Assembly (NCBI GenBank): GCA_965644495.1
Contig: CBFFSA010000033.1
Coordinates: 29,013 to 93,012 of the forward strand
Length of the DNA stretch: 64,000 nucleotides
Source of the DNA: Perkinsela sp. CCAP 1560/9
Taxonomy: Eukaryota; Protista; Euglenozoa: Kinetoplastea
Direction of reading: 5' to 3'
In this document: positions 43,874 to 58,800 of the stretch, in pieces
Layout: every line of letters begins with the position of its first letter
How positions within the stretch are numbered: the first letter of the stretch is position 1
The notes under the pieces: generated by a model
Database searches by the model: none
Told to the model about the DNA's origin: nothing
What the model saw: only the letters and a program-made list of their open reading frames with translations
Position numbers and translations under genes: made by a program

Positions 43874-46800
43874 AGTTGCAGAATAGAATGATATCAACAT
43901 TCGTTTTGTCGACCTATAATATAAACTTTTTTTTTTTTTTTTTTTGTATACTTTTTTGAGTGCAACACTCCAGCACTGCCGCATCTGCCAACGCGTGAAG
44001 TACGAACCTCGTTTTTTTTGTTTGCTCCAATCGTCCAATTAAATTGTCATGCAGTTTTTACATGAAAATAAGCATGCAGGTCACTCACCCTAGTTGTTTA
44101 GTACCTTGTTATGTTTGGTACCGGGCAGTGCCGTAGTTCGATCAAAAAATGTTTTTTTTTTTCTTTTTTAATATCCTAAAAGAATATGACATTTTTTTTT
44201 TTGATAACCTAATATATTATCCCATACCCCGCGCAGCAGGGAGCTGAGCGTCAAAGAAAAAAAAAACCTGTGTGGCAGTCACCCTAGTTGTGTAGTACCT
44301 TGTTATATTCGGTACCGGATGGTGCCACAATCAAATCGAAACCGGACAGCAATAAAAGAATCTACAATGTGAAATGTAGAATAAGAAAACATGAAAATAA
44401 GCATGCAGGTCACTCACCCTAGTTGTTTAGTACCTTGTTATGTTTGGTACCAGGTGGTGATAGAATCCATTTCATAAGACAGCAGGAAAAAACAGCAGGA
44501 AAAACGAACAAGATCTGGCGTGCAATTCAAGGCGTGCATAATATCTGGCGTGCAATATCTGGCGTGCAATATCTGGCGTGCAGTATCTGGCGTGCATAAT
44601 ATCAACAACAGAATGTACTATTTTTGAAGCTTTGACTTGAAGCAAAAGCTAATCATAGTCGTAGACCTCCAACCCATTTTTCAGCCTGAATATATTGCCG
44701 CAATTGAGAAACTACTGCGTATGCAGAATATTTCTCTAACTCAAGCTGAAAGGCTTCTCGTGTTGGCGTATAATCTAGACCTGCCCTCTTTGCCAATGTT
44801 TTTAGTAGCTGTTTAGTCTCCTCGTGCAAGACCCCACAATCAGTAATCGCAATGCAACGGAAACTTTCGGGATCTAAGCCTTTCTCCTTCACGTATTTAT
44901 TATTCTTTCTGTCTTGGGCACTCTGGAGCAAGTCATTGCTACTTTGCTTTCGGTAGCTACTGCAACACGTATGAACTACGGTTAAATCGTATAAAATTTC
45001 ACCAACGTCGGGCCACAAGATCGCAAGGTCTGGTCCGGATCTGATTCTACGAGCTCGGCATGGGTGTTGTTCTGCTGCTTCTGGGGAAATTGAACATTTG
45101 CACTTAGTGCAGAAGAATGACGTGTGAATTCGTGGCTCGATTGCACAAGGGATATAAACTACCTAAATCAAAACTATACGATAGGGCATCGCGCCTGGCC
45201 GGCGCCACCACCCTCTCGCTACTAACTTTCCACCCCTTTCGCGTTATCAGGGTCTGCCTCGGCATAACAAAGTCGGCTGATTTTGTCCGCAGGGTTACTT
45301 TTCGTGCTCACGTACCGCGCATCTACGGCAATTCCTTGCTTTTTAATTACATTCAAAACCTTTTCAAGTTCGTCAGAAACGCCGGAAGATTTCGATATTT
45401 TCCTATTAAATTATCGAAGTAAAGCAAAAATTATCGAAGTAAAGTGAAGAAAATATTGTCCTAAGAATCTTCTTCTAAGAAATATTATATGAAATAACGA
45501 AACAAAAGTACATTACACGTAAACTTTATGCGTAAAAGTGCAGTATATGCTAAAGATGTATTCAAGATTGCACTGGTTGGTGCGTGCATGAAACACGTTA
45601 ACCACTGCACACTTCCTAAAATTCTTTTCGTAAACTCTTAGAATTTCATTTTGTGTGAATATCGTACTTTGTAGAGATCCTATATAAAGTATACGCCCAT
45701 TCAGGGTAAGGTTTACAATAACTATCAAAACATATAGTTGCAGAATAGAATGATATCAACATTCGTTTTGTCGACCTATAATATAAACTACCTAAATCAA
45801 AACTATACGATAGGGCATCGCGCCTGGCCGGCGCCACCACCCTCTCGCTACTAACTTTCCACCCCTTTCGCGTTATCAGGGTCTGCCTCGGCATAACGAA
45901 GTCGGCTGATTTTGTCCGCAGGGTTACTTTTCGTGCTCACGTACCGCGCATCTACGGCAATTCCTTGCTTTTTAATTACATTCAAAACCTTTTCAAGTTC
46001 GTCAGAAACGCCGGAAGATTTCGATATTTTCCTATTAAATTATCGAAGTAAAGCAAAAATTATCGAAGTAAAGTGAAGAAAATATTGTCCTAAGAATCTT
46101 CTTCTAAGAAATATTATATGAAATAACGAAACAAAATTACATTACACGTAAACTTTATGCGTAAAAGTGCAGTATATGCTAAAGATGTATTCAAGATTGC
46201 ACTGGTTGGTGCGTGCATGAAACACGTTAACCACTGCACACTTCCTAAAATTCTTTTCGTAAACTCTTAGAATTTCATTTTGTGTGAATATCGTACTTTG
46301 TAGAGATCCTATATAAAGTATACGCCCATTCAGGGTAAGGTTTACAATAACTATCAAAACATATAGTTGCAGAATAGAATGATATCAACATTCGTTTTGT
46401 CGACCTATAATATAAACTTTTTTTTTTTTTTTTTTTGTATACTTTTTTGAGTGCAACACTCCAGCACTGCCGCATCTGCCAACGCGTGAAGTACGAACCT
46501 CGTTTTTTTTGTTTGCTCCAATCGTCCAATTAAATTGTCATGCAGTTTTTACATGAAAATAAGCATGCAGGTCACTCACCCTAGTTGTTTAGTACCTTGT
46601 TATGTTTGGTACCGGGCAGTGCCGTAGTTCGATCAAAAAATGTTTTTTTTTTTTAATATCCTAAAAGAATATGACATTTTTTTTTTTTGATAACCTAATA
46701 TATTATCCCATACCCCGCGCAGCAGGGAGCTGAGCGTCAAAGAAAAAAAAAACCTGTGTGGCAGTCACCCTAGTTGTGTAGTACCTTGTTATATTCGGTA

Positions 46801-49800
46801 CCGGATGGTGCCACAATCAAATCGAAACCGGACAGCAATAAAAGAATCTACAATGTGAAATGTAGAATAAGAAAACATGAAAATAAGCATGCAGGTCACT
46901 CACCCTAGTTGTTTAGTACCTTGTTATGTTTGGTACCGGGCAGTGCCGTAGTTCGATCAAAAAATGTTTTTTTTTTCTTTTTTAATATCCTAAAAGAATA
47001 TGACATTTTTTTTTTTGATAACCTAATATATTATCCCATACCCCGCGCAGCAGGGAGCTGAGCGTCAAAGAAAAAAAAAACCTGTGTGGCAGTCACCCTA
47101 GTTGTGTAGTACCTTGTTATATTCGGTACCGGATGGTGCCACAATCAAATCGAAACCGGACAGCAATAAAAGAATCTACAATGTGAAATGTAGAATAAGA
47201 AAACATGAAAATAAGCATGCAGGTCACTCACCCTAGTTGTTTAGTACCTTGTTATGTTTGGTACCAGGTGGTGATAGAATCCATTTCATAAGACAGCAGG
47301 AAAAAACAGCAGGAAAAACGAACAAGATCTGGCGTGCAATTCAAGGCGTGCATAATATCTGGCGTGCAATATCTGGCGTGCAATATCTGGCGTGCAGTAT
47401 CTGGCGTGCATAATATCAACAACAGAATGTACTATTTTTGAAGCTTTGACTTGAAGCAAAAGCTAATCATAGTCGTAGACCTCCAACCCATTTTTCAGCC
47501 TGAATATATTGCCGCAATTGAGAAACTACTGCGTATGCAGAATATTTCTCTAACTCAAGCTGAAAGGCTTCTCGTGTTGGCGTATAATCTAGACCTGCCC
47601 TCTTTGCCAATGTTTTTAGTAGCTGTTTAGTCTCCTCGTGCAAGACCCCACAATCAGTAATCGCAATGCAACGGAAACTTTCGGGATCTAAGCCTTTCTC
47701 CTTCACGTATTTATTATTCTTTCTGTCTTGGGCACTCTGGAGCAAGTCATTGCTACTTTGCTTTCGGTAGCTACTGCAACACGTATGAACTACGGTTAAA
47801 TCGTATAAAATTTCACCAACGTCGGGCCACAAGATCGCAAGGTCTGGTCCGGATCTGATTCTACGAGCTCGGCATGGGTGTTGTTCTGCTGCTTCTGGGG
47901 AAATTGAACATTTGCACTTAGTGCAGAAGAATGACGTGTGAATTCGTGGCTCGATTGCACAAGGGATATAAACTACCTAAATCAAAACTATACGATAGGG
48001 CATCGCGCCTGGCCGGCGCCACCACCCTCTCGCTACTAACTTTCCACCCCTTTCGCGTTATCAGGGTCTGCCTCGGCATAACAAAGTCGGCTGATTTTGT
48101 CCGCAGGGTTACTTTTCGTGCTCACGTACCGCGCATCTACGGCAATTCCTTGCTTTTTAATTACATTCAAAACCTTTTCAAGTTCGTCAGAAACGCCGGA
48201 AGATTTCGATATTTTCCTATTAAATTATCGAAGTAAAGCAAAAATTATCGAAGTAAAGTGAAGAAAATATTGTCCTAAGAATCTTCTTCTAAGAAATATT
48301 ATATGAAATAACGAAACAAAAGTACATTACACGTAAACTTTATGCGTAAAAGTGCAGTATATGCTAAAGATGTATTCAAGATTGCACTGGTTGGTGCGTG
48401 CATGAAACACGTTAACCACTGCACACTTCCTAAAATTCTTTTCGTAAACTCTTAGAATTTCATTTTGTGTGAATATCGTACTTTGTAGAGATCCTATATA
48501 AAGTATACGCCCATTCAGGGTAAGGTTTACAATAACTATCAAAACATATAGTTGCAGAATAGAATGATATCAACATTCGTTTTGTCGACCTATAATATAA
48601 ACTTTTTTTTTTTTTTTTTTTTGTATACTTTTTTGAGTGCAACACTCCAGCACTGCCGCATCTGCCAACGCGTGAAGTACGAACCTCGTTTTTTTTGTTT
48701 GCTCCAATCGTCCAATTAAATTGTCATGCAGTTTTTACATGAAAATAAGCATGCAGGTCACTCACCCTAGTTGTTTAGTACCTTGTTATGTTTGGTACCG
48801 GGCAGTGCCGTAGTTCGATCAAAAAATGTTTTTTTTTTTTAATATCCTAAAAGAATATGACATTTTTTTTTTTTGATAACCTAATATATTATCCCATACC
48901 CCGCGCAGCAGGGAGCTGAGCGTCAAAGAAAAAAAAAACCTGTGTGGCAGTCACCCTAGTTGTGTAGTACCTTGTTATATTCGGTACCGGATGGTGCCAC
49001 AATCAAATCGAAACCGGACAGCAATAAAAGAATCTACAATGTGAAATGTAGAATAAGAAAACATGAAAATAAGCATGCAGGTCACTCACCCTAGTTGTTT
49101 AGTACCTTGTTATGTTTGGTACCGGGCAGTGCCGTAGTTCGATCAAAAAATGTTTTTTTTTTTCTTTTTTAATATCCTAAAAGAATATGACATTTTTTTT
49201 TTTGATAACCTAATATATTATCCCATACCCCGCGCAGCAGGGAGCTGAGCGTCAAAGAAAAAAAAAACCTGTGTGGCAGTCACCCTAGTTGTGTAGTACC
49301 TTGTTATATTCGGTACCGGATGGTGCCACAATCAAATCGAAACCGGACAGCAATAAAAGAATCTACAATGTGAAATGTAGAATAAGAAAACATGAAAATA
49401 AGCATGCAGGTCACTCACCCTAGTTGTTTAGTACCTTGTTATGTTTGGTACCAGGTGGTGATAGAATCCATTTCATAAGACAGCAGGAAAAAACAGCAGG
49501 AAAAACGAACAAGATCTGGCGTGCAATTCAAGGCGTGCATAATATCTGGCGTGCAATATCTGGCGTGCAATATCTGGCGTGCAGTATCTGGCGTGCATAA
49601 TATCAACAACAGAATGTACTATTTTTGAAGCTTTGACTTGAAGCAAAAGCTAATCATAGTCGTAGACCTCCAACCCATTTTTCAGCCTGAATATATTGCC
49701 GCAATTGAGAAACTACTGCGTATGCAGAATATTTCTCTAACTCAAGCTGAAAGGCTTCTCGTGTTGGCGTATAATCTAGACCTGCCCTCTTTGCCAATGT

Positions 49801-52800
49801 TTTTAGTAGCTGTTTAGTCTCCTCGTGCAAGACCCCACAATCAGTAATCGCAATGCAACGGAAACTTTCGGGATCTAAGCCTTTCTCCTTCACGTATTTA
49901 TTATTCTTTCTGTCTTGGGCACTCTGGAGCAAGTCATTGCTACTTTGCTTTCGGTAGCTACTGCAACACGTATGAACTACGGTTAAATCGTATAAAATTT
50001 CACCAACGTCGGGCCACAAGATCGCAAGGTCTGGTCCGGATCTGATTCTACGAGCTCGGCATGGGTGTTGTTCTGCTGCTTCTGGGGAAATTGAACATTT
50101 GCACTTAGTGCAGAAGAATGACGTGTGAATTCGTGGCTCGATTGCACAAGGGATATAAACTACCTAAATCAAAACTATACGATAGGGCATCGCGCCTGGC
50201 CGGCGCCACCACCCTCTCGCTACTAACTTTCCACCCCTTTCGCGTTATCAGGGTCTGCCTCGGCATAACAAAGTCGGCTGATTTTGTCCGCAGGGTTACT
50301 TTTCGTGCTCACGTACCGCGCATCTACGGCAATTCCTTGCTTTTTAATTACATTCAAAACCTTTTCAAGTTCGTCAGAAACGCCGGAAGATTTCGATATT
50401 TTCCTATTAAATTATCGAAGTAAAGCAAAAATTATCGAAGTAAAGTGAAGAAAATATTGTCCTAAGAATCTTCTTCTAAGAAATATTATATGAAATAACG
50501 AAACAAAAGTACATTACACGTAAACTTTATGCGTAAAAGTGCAGTATATGCTAAAGATGTATTCAAGATTGCACTGGTTGGTGCGTGCATGAAACACGTT
50601 AACCACTGCACACTTCCTAAAATTCTTTTCGTAAACTCTTAGAATTTCATTTTGTGTGAATATCGTACTTTGTAGAGATCCTATATAAAGTATACGCCCA
50701 TTCAGGGTAAGGTTTACAATAACTATCAAAACATATAGTTGCAGAATAGAATGATATCAACATTCGTTTTGTCGACCTATAATATAAACTTTTTTTTTTT
50801 TTTTTTTTGTATACTTTTTTGAGTGCAACACTCCAGCACTGCCGCATCTGCCAACGCGTGAAGTACGAACCTCGTTTTTTTTGTTTGCTCCAATCGTCCA
50901 ATTAAATTGTCATGCAGTTTTTACATGAAAATAAGCATGCAGGTCACTCACCCTAGTTGTTTAGTACCTTGTTATGTTTGGTACCGGGCAGTGCCGTAGT
51001 TCGATCAAAAAATGTTTTTTTTTTTCTTTTTTAATATCCTAAAAGAATATGACATTTTTTTTTTTTGATAACCTAATATATTATCCCATACCCCGCGCAG
51101 CAGGGAGCTGAGCGTCAAAGAAAAAAAAAACCTGTGTGGCAGTCACCCTAGTTGTGTAGTACCTTGTTATATTCGGTACCGGATGGTGCCACAATCAAAT
51201 CGAAACCGGACAGCAATAAAAGAATCTACAATGTGAAATGTAGAATAAGAAAACATGAAAATAAGCATGCAGGTCACTCACCCTAGTTGTTTAGTACCTT
51301 GTTATGTTTGGTACCAGGTGGTGATAGAATCCATTTCATAAGACAGCAGGAAAAAACAGCAGGAAAAACGAACAAGATCTGGCGTGCAATTCAAGGCGTG
51401 CATAATATCTGGCGTGCAATATCTGGCGTGCAATATCTGGCGTGCAGTATCTGGCGTGCATAATATCAAAAACAGAATGTACTATTTTTGAAGCTTTGAC
51501 TTGAAGCAAAAGCTAATCATAGTCGTAGACCTCCAACCCATTTTTCAGCCTGAATATATTGCCGCAATTGAGAAACTACTGCGTATGCAGAATATTTCTC
51601 TAACTCAAGCTGAAAGGCTTCTCGTGTTGGCGTATAATCTAGACCTGCCCTCTTTGCCAATGTTTTTAGTAGCTGTTTAGTCTCCTCGTGCAAGACCCCA
51701 CAATCAGTAATCGCAATGCAACGGAAACTTTCGGGATCTAAGCCTTTCTCCTTCACGTATTTATTATTCTTTCTGTCTTGGGCACTCTGGAGCAAGTCAT
51801 TGCTACTTTGCTTTCGGTAGCTACTGCAACACGTATGAACTACGGTTAAATCGTATAAAATTTCACCAACGTCGGGCCACAAGATCGCAAGGTCTGGTCC
51901 GGATCTGATTCTACGAGCTCGGCATGGGTGTTGTTCTGCTGCTTCTGGGGAAATTGAACATTTGCACTTAGTGCAGAAGAATGACGTGTGAATTCGTGGC
52001 TCGATTGCACAAGGGATATAAACTACCTAAATCAAAACTATACGATAGGGCATCGCGCCTGGCCGGCGCCACCACCCTCTCGCTACTAACTTTCCACCCC
52101 TTTCGCGTTATCAGGGTCTGCCTCGGCATAACAAAGTCGGCTGATTTTGTCCGCAGGGTTACTTTTCGTGCTCACGTACCGCGCATCTACGGCAATTCCT
52201 TGCTTTTTAATTACATTCAAAACCTTTTCAAGTTCGTCAGAAACGCCGGAAGATTTCGATATTTTCCTATTAAATTATCGAAGTAAAGCAAAAATTATCG
52301 AAGTAAAGTGAAGAAAATATTGTCCTAAGAATCTTCTTCTAAGAAATATTATATGAAATAACGAAACAAAAGTACATTACACGTAAACTTTATGCGTAAA
52401 AGTGCAGTATATGCTAAAGATGTATTCAAGATTGCACTGGTTGGTGCGTGCATGAAACACGTTAACCACTGCACACTTCCTAAAATTCTTTTCGTAAACT
52501 CTTAGAATTTCATTTTGTGTGAATATCGTACTTTGTAGAGATCCTATATAAAGTATACGCCCATTCAGGGTAAGGTTTACAATAACTATCAAAACATATA
52601 GTTGCAGAATAGAATGATATCAACATTCGTTTTGTCGACCTATAATATAAACTTTTTTTTTTTTTTTTTTTGTATACTTTTTTGAGTGCAACACTCCAGC
52701 ACTGCCGCATCTGCCAACGCGTGAAGTACGAACCTCGTTTTTTTTGTTTGCTCCAATCGTCCAATTAAATTGTCATGCAGTTTTTACATGAAAATAAGCA

Positions 52801-55800
52801 TGCAGGTCACTCACCCTAGTTGTTTAGTACCTTGTTATGTTTGGTACCGGGCAGTGCCGTAGTTCGATCAAAAAATGTTTTTTTTTTTCTTTTTTAATAT
52901 CCTAAAAGAATATGACATTTTTTTTTTTTGATAACCTAATATATTATCCCATACCCCGCGCAGCAGGGAGCTGAGCGTCAAAGAAAAAAAAAACCTGTGT
53001 GGCAGTCACCCTAGTTGTGTAGTACCTTGTTATATTCGGTACCGGATGGTGCCACAATCAAATCGAAACCGGACAGCAATAAAAGAATCTACAATGTGAA
53101 ATGTAGAATAAGAAAACATGAAAATAAGCATGCAGGTCACTCACCCTAGTTGTTTAGTACCTTGTTATGTTTGGTACCAGGTGGTGATAGAATCCATTTC
53201 ATAAGACAGCAGGAAAAAACAGCAGGAAAAACGAACAAGATCTGGCGTGCAATTCAAGGCGTGCATAATATCTGGCGTGCAATATCTGGCGTGCAATATC
53301 TGGCGTGCAGTATCTGGCGTGCATAATATCAACAACAGAATGTACTATTTTTGAAGCTTTGACTTGAAGCAAAAGCTAATCATAGTCGTAGACCTCCAAC
53401 CCATTTTTCAGCCTGAATATATTGCCGCAATTGAGAAACTACTGCGTATGCAGAATATTTCTCTAACTCAAGCTGAAAGGCTTCTCGTGTTGGCGTATAA
53501 TCTAGACCTGCCCTCTTTGCCAATGTTTTTAGTAGCTGTTTAGTCTCCTCGTGCAAGACCCCACAATCAGTAATCGCAATGCAACGGAAACTTTCGGGAT
53601 CTAAGCCTTTCTCCTTCACGTATTTATTATTCTTTCTGTCTTGGGCACTCTGGAGCAAGTCATTGCTACTTTGCTTTCGGTAGCTACTGCAACACGTATG
53701 AACTACGGTTAAATCGTATAAAATTTCACCAACGTCGGGCCACAAGATCGCAAGGTCTGGTCCGGATCTGATTCTACGAGCTCGGCATGGGTGTTGTTCT
53801 GCTGCTTCTGGGGAAATTGAACATTTGCACTTAGTGCAGAAGAATGACGTGTGAATTCGTGGCTCGATTGCACAAGGGATATAAACTACCTAAATCAAAA
53901 CTATACGATAGGGCATCGCGCCTGGCCGGCGCCACCACCCTCTCGCTACTAACTTTCCACCCCTTTCGCGTTATCAGGGTCTGCCTCGGCATAACAAAGT
54001 CGGCTGATTTTGTCCGCAGGGTTACTTTTCGTGCTCACGTACCGCGCATCTACGGCAATTCCTTGCTTTTTAATTACATTCAAAACCTTTTCAAGTTCGT
54101 CAGAAACGCCGGAAGATTTCGATATTTTCCTATTAAATTATCGAAGTAAAGCAAAAATTATCGAAGTAAAGTGAAGAAAATATTGTCCTAAGAATCTTCT
54201 TCTAAGAAATATTATATGAAATAACGAAACAAAAGTACATTACACGTAAACTTTATGCGTAAAAGTGCAGTATATGCTAAAGATGTATTCAAGATTGCAC
54301 TGGTTGGTGCGTGCATGAAACACGTTAACCACTGCACACTTCCTAAAATTCTTTTCGTAAACTCTTAGAATTTCATTTTGTGTGAATATCGTACTTTGTA
54401 GAGATCCTATATAAAGTATACGCCCATTCAGGGTAAGGTTTACAATAACTATCAAAACATATAGTTGCAGAATAGAATGATATCAACATTCGTTTTGTCG
54501 ACCTATAATATAAACTTTTTTTTTTTTTTTTTTTGTATACTTTTTTGAGTGCAACACTCCAGCACTGCCGCATCTGCCAACGCGTGAAGTACGAACCTCG
54601 TTTTTTTTGTTTGCTCCAATCGTCCAATTAAATTGTCATGCAGTTTTTACATGAAAATAAGCATGCAGGTCACTCACCCTAGTTGTTTAGTACCTTGTTA
54701 TGTTTGGTACCGGGCAGTGCCGTAGTTCGATCAAAAAATGTTTTTTTTTTTTAATATCCTAAAAGAATATGACATTTTTTTTTTTTGATAACCTAATATA
54801 TTATCCCATACCCCGCGCAGCAGGGAGCTGAGCGTCAAAGAAAAAAAAAACCTGTGTGGCAGTCACCCTAGTTGTGTAGTACCTTGTTATATTCGGTACC
54901 GGATGGTGCCACAATCAAATCGAAACCGGACAGCAATAAAAGAATCTACAATGTGAAATGTAGAATAAGAAAACATGAAAATAAGCATGCAGGTCACTCA
55001 CCCTAGTTGTTTAGTACCTTGTTATGTTTGGTACCAGGTGGTGATAGAATCCATTTCATAAGACAGCAGGAAAAAACAGCAGGAAAAACGAACAAGATCT
55101 GGCGTGCAATTCAAGGCGTGCATAATATCTGGCGTGCAATATCTGGCGTGCAATATCTGGCGTGCAGTATCTGGCGTGCATAATATCAACAACAGAATGT
55201 ACTATTTTTGAAGCTTTGACTTGAAGCAAAAGCTAATCATAGTCGTAGACCTCCAACCCATTTTTCAGCCTGAATATATTGCCGCAATTGAGAAACTACT
55301 GCGTATGCAGAATATTTCTCTAACTCAAGCTGAAAGGCTTCTCGTGTTGGCGTATAATCTAGACCTGCCCTCTTTGCCAATGTTTTTAGTAGCTGTTTAG
55401 TCTCCTCGTGCAAGACCCCACAATCAGTAATCGCAATGCAACGGAAACTTTCGGGATCTAAGCCTTTCTCCTTCACGTATTTATTATTCTTTCTGTCTTG
55501 GGCACTCTGGAGCAAGTCATTGCTACTTTGCTTTCGGTAGCTACTGCAACACGTATGAACTACGGTTAAATCGTATAAAATTTCACCAACGTCGGGCCAC
55601 AAGATCGCAAGGTCTGGTCCGGATCTGATTCTACGAGCTCGGCATGGGTGTTGTTCTGCTGCTTCTGGGGAAATTGAACATTTGCACTTAGTGCAGAAGA
55701 ATGACGTGTGAATTCGTGGCTCGATTGCACAAGGGATATAAACTACCTAAATCAAAACTATACGATAGGGCATCGCGCCTGGCCGGCGCCACCACCCTCT

Positions 55801-58800
55801 CGCTACTAACTTTCCACCCCTTTCGCGTTATCAGGGTCTGCCTCGGCATAACAAAGTCGGCTGATTTTGTCCGCAGGGTTACTTTTCGTGCTCACGTACC
55901 GCGCATCTACGGCAATTCCTTGCTTTTTAATTACATTCAAAACCTTTTCAAGTTCGTCAGAAACGCCGGAAGATTTCGATATTTTCCTATTAAATTATCG
56001 AAGTAAAGCAAAAATTATCGAAGTAAAGTGAAGAAAATATTGTCCTAAGAATCTTCTTCTAAGAAATATTATATGAAATAACGAAACAAAAGTACATTAC
56101 ACGTAAACTTTATGCGTAAAAGTGCAGTATATGCTAAAGATGTATTCAAGATTGCACTGGTTGGTGCGTGCATGAAACACGTTAACCACTGCACACTTCC
56201 TAAAATTCTTTTCGTAAACTCTTAGAATTTCATTTTGTGTGAATATCGTACTTTGTAGAGATCCTATATAAAGTATACGCCCATTCAGGGTAAGGTTTAC
56301 AATAACTATCAAAACATATAGTTGCAGAATAGAATGATATCAACATTCGTTTTGTCGACCTATAATATAAACTTTTTTTTTTTTTTTTTTGTATACTTTT
56401 TTGAGTGCAACACTCCAGCACTGCCGCATCTGCCAACGCGTGAAGTACGAACCTCGTTTTTTTTGTTTGCTCCAATCGTCCAATTAAATTGTCATGCAGT
56501 TTTTACATGAAAATAAGCATGCAGGTCACTCACCCTAGTTGTTTAGTACCTTGTTATGTTTGGTACCGGGCAGTGCCGTAGTTCGATCAAAAAATGTTTT
56601 TTTTTTTCTTTTTTAATATCCTAAAAGAATATGACATTTTTTTTTTTTGATAACCTAATATATTATCCCATACCCCGCGCAGCAGGGAGCTGAGCGTCAA
56701 AGAAAAAAAAAACCTGTGTGGCAGTCACCCTAGTTGTGTAGTACCTTGTTATATTCGGTACCGGATGGTGCCACAATCAAATCGAAACCGGACAGCAATA
56801 AAAGAATCTACAATGTGAAATGTAGAATAAGAAAACATGAAAATAAGCATGCAGGTCACTCACCCTAGTTGTTTAGTACCTTGTTATGTTTGGTACCAGG
56901 TGGTGATAGAATCCATTTCATAAGACAGCAGGAAAAAACAGCAGGAAAAACGAACAAGATCTGGCGTGCAATTCAAGGCGTGCATAATATCTGGCGTGCA
57001 ATATCTGGCGTGCAATATCTGGCGTGCAGTATCTGGCGTGCATAATATCAACAACAGAATGTACTATTTTTGAAGCTTTGACTTGAAGCAAAAGCTAATC
57101 ATAGTCGTAGACCTCCAACCCATTTTTCAGCCTGAATATATTGCCGCAATTGAGAAACTACTGCGTATGCAGAATATTTCTCTAACTCAAGCTGAAAGGC
57201 TTCTCGTGTTGGCGTATAATCTAGACCTGCCCTCTTTGCCAATGTTTTTAGTAGCTGTTTAGTCTCCTCGTGCAAGACCCCACAATCAGTAATCGCAATG
57301 CAACGGAAACTTTCGGGATCTAAGCCTTTCTCCTTCACGTATTTATTATTCTTTCTGTCTTGGGCACTCTGGAGCAAGTCATTGCTACTTTGCTTTCGGT
57401 AGCTACTGCAACACGTATGAACTACGGTTAAATCGTATAAAATTTCACCAACGTCGGGCCACAAGATCGCAAGGTCTGGTCCGGATCTGATTCTACGAGC
57501 TCGGCATGGGTGTTGTTCTGCTGCTTCTGGGGAAATTGAACATTTGCACTTAGTGCAGAAGAATGACGTGTGAATTCGTGGCTCGATTGCACAAGGGATA
57601 TAAACTACCTAAATCAAAACTATACGATAGGGCATCGCGCCTGGCCGGCGCCACCACCCTCTCGCTACTAACTTTCCACCCCTTTCGCGTTATCAGGGTC
57701 TGCCTCGGCATAACAAAGTCGGCTGATTTTGTCCGCAGGGTTACTTTTCGTGCTCACGTACCGCGCATCTACGGCAATTCCTTGCTTTTTAATTACATTC
57801 AAAACCTTTTCAAGTTCGTCAGAAACGCCGGAAGATTTCGATATTTTCCTATTAAATTATCGAAGTAAAGCAAAAATTATCGAAGTAAAGTGAAGAAAAT
57901 ATTGTCCTAAGAATCTTCTTCTAAGAAATATTATATGAAATAACGAAACAAAAGTACATTACACGTAAACTTTATGCGTAAAAGTGCAGTATATGCTAAA
58001 GATGTATTCAAGATTGCACTGGTTGGTGCGTGCATGAAACACGTTAACCACTGCACACTTCCTAAAATTCTTTTCGTAAACTCTTAGAATTTCATTTTGT
58101 GTGAATATCGTACTTTGTAGAGATCCTATATAAAGTATACGCCCATTCAGGGTAAGGTTTACAATAACTATCAAAACATATAGTTGCAGAATAGAATGAT
58201 ATCAACATTCGTTTTGTCGACCTATAATATAAACTTTTTTTTTTTTTTTTTTTGTATACTTTTTTGAGTGCAACACTCCAGCACTGCCGCATCTGCCAAC
58301 GCGTGAAGTACGAACCTCGTTTTTTTTGTTTGCTCCAATCGTCCAATTAAATTGTCATGCAGTTTTTACATGAAAATAAGCATGCAGGTCACTCACCCTA
58401 GTTGTTTAGTACCTTGTTATGTTTGGTACCGGGCAGTGCCGTAGTTCGATCAAAAAATGTTTTTTTTTTTCTTTTTTAATATCCTAAAAGAATATGACAT
58501 TTTTTTTTTTTGATAACCTAATATATTATCCCATACCCCGCGCAGCAGGGAGCTGAGCGTCAAAGAAAAAAAAAACCTGTGTGGCAGTCACCCTAGTTGT
58601 GTAGTACCTTGTTATATTCGGTACCGGATGGTGCCACAATCAAATCGAAACCGGACAGCAATAAAAGAATCTACAATGTGAAATGTAGAATAAGAAAACA
58701 TGAAAATAAGCATGCAGGTCACTCACCCTAGTTGTTTAGTACCTTGTTATGTTTGGTACCAGGTGGTGATAGAATCCATTTCATAAGACAGCAGGAAAAA

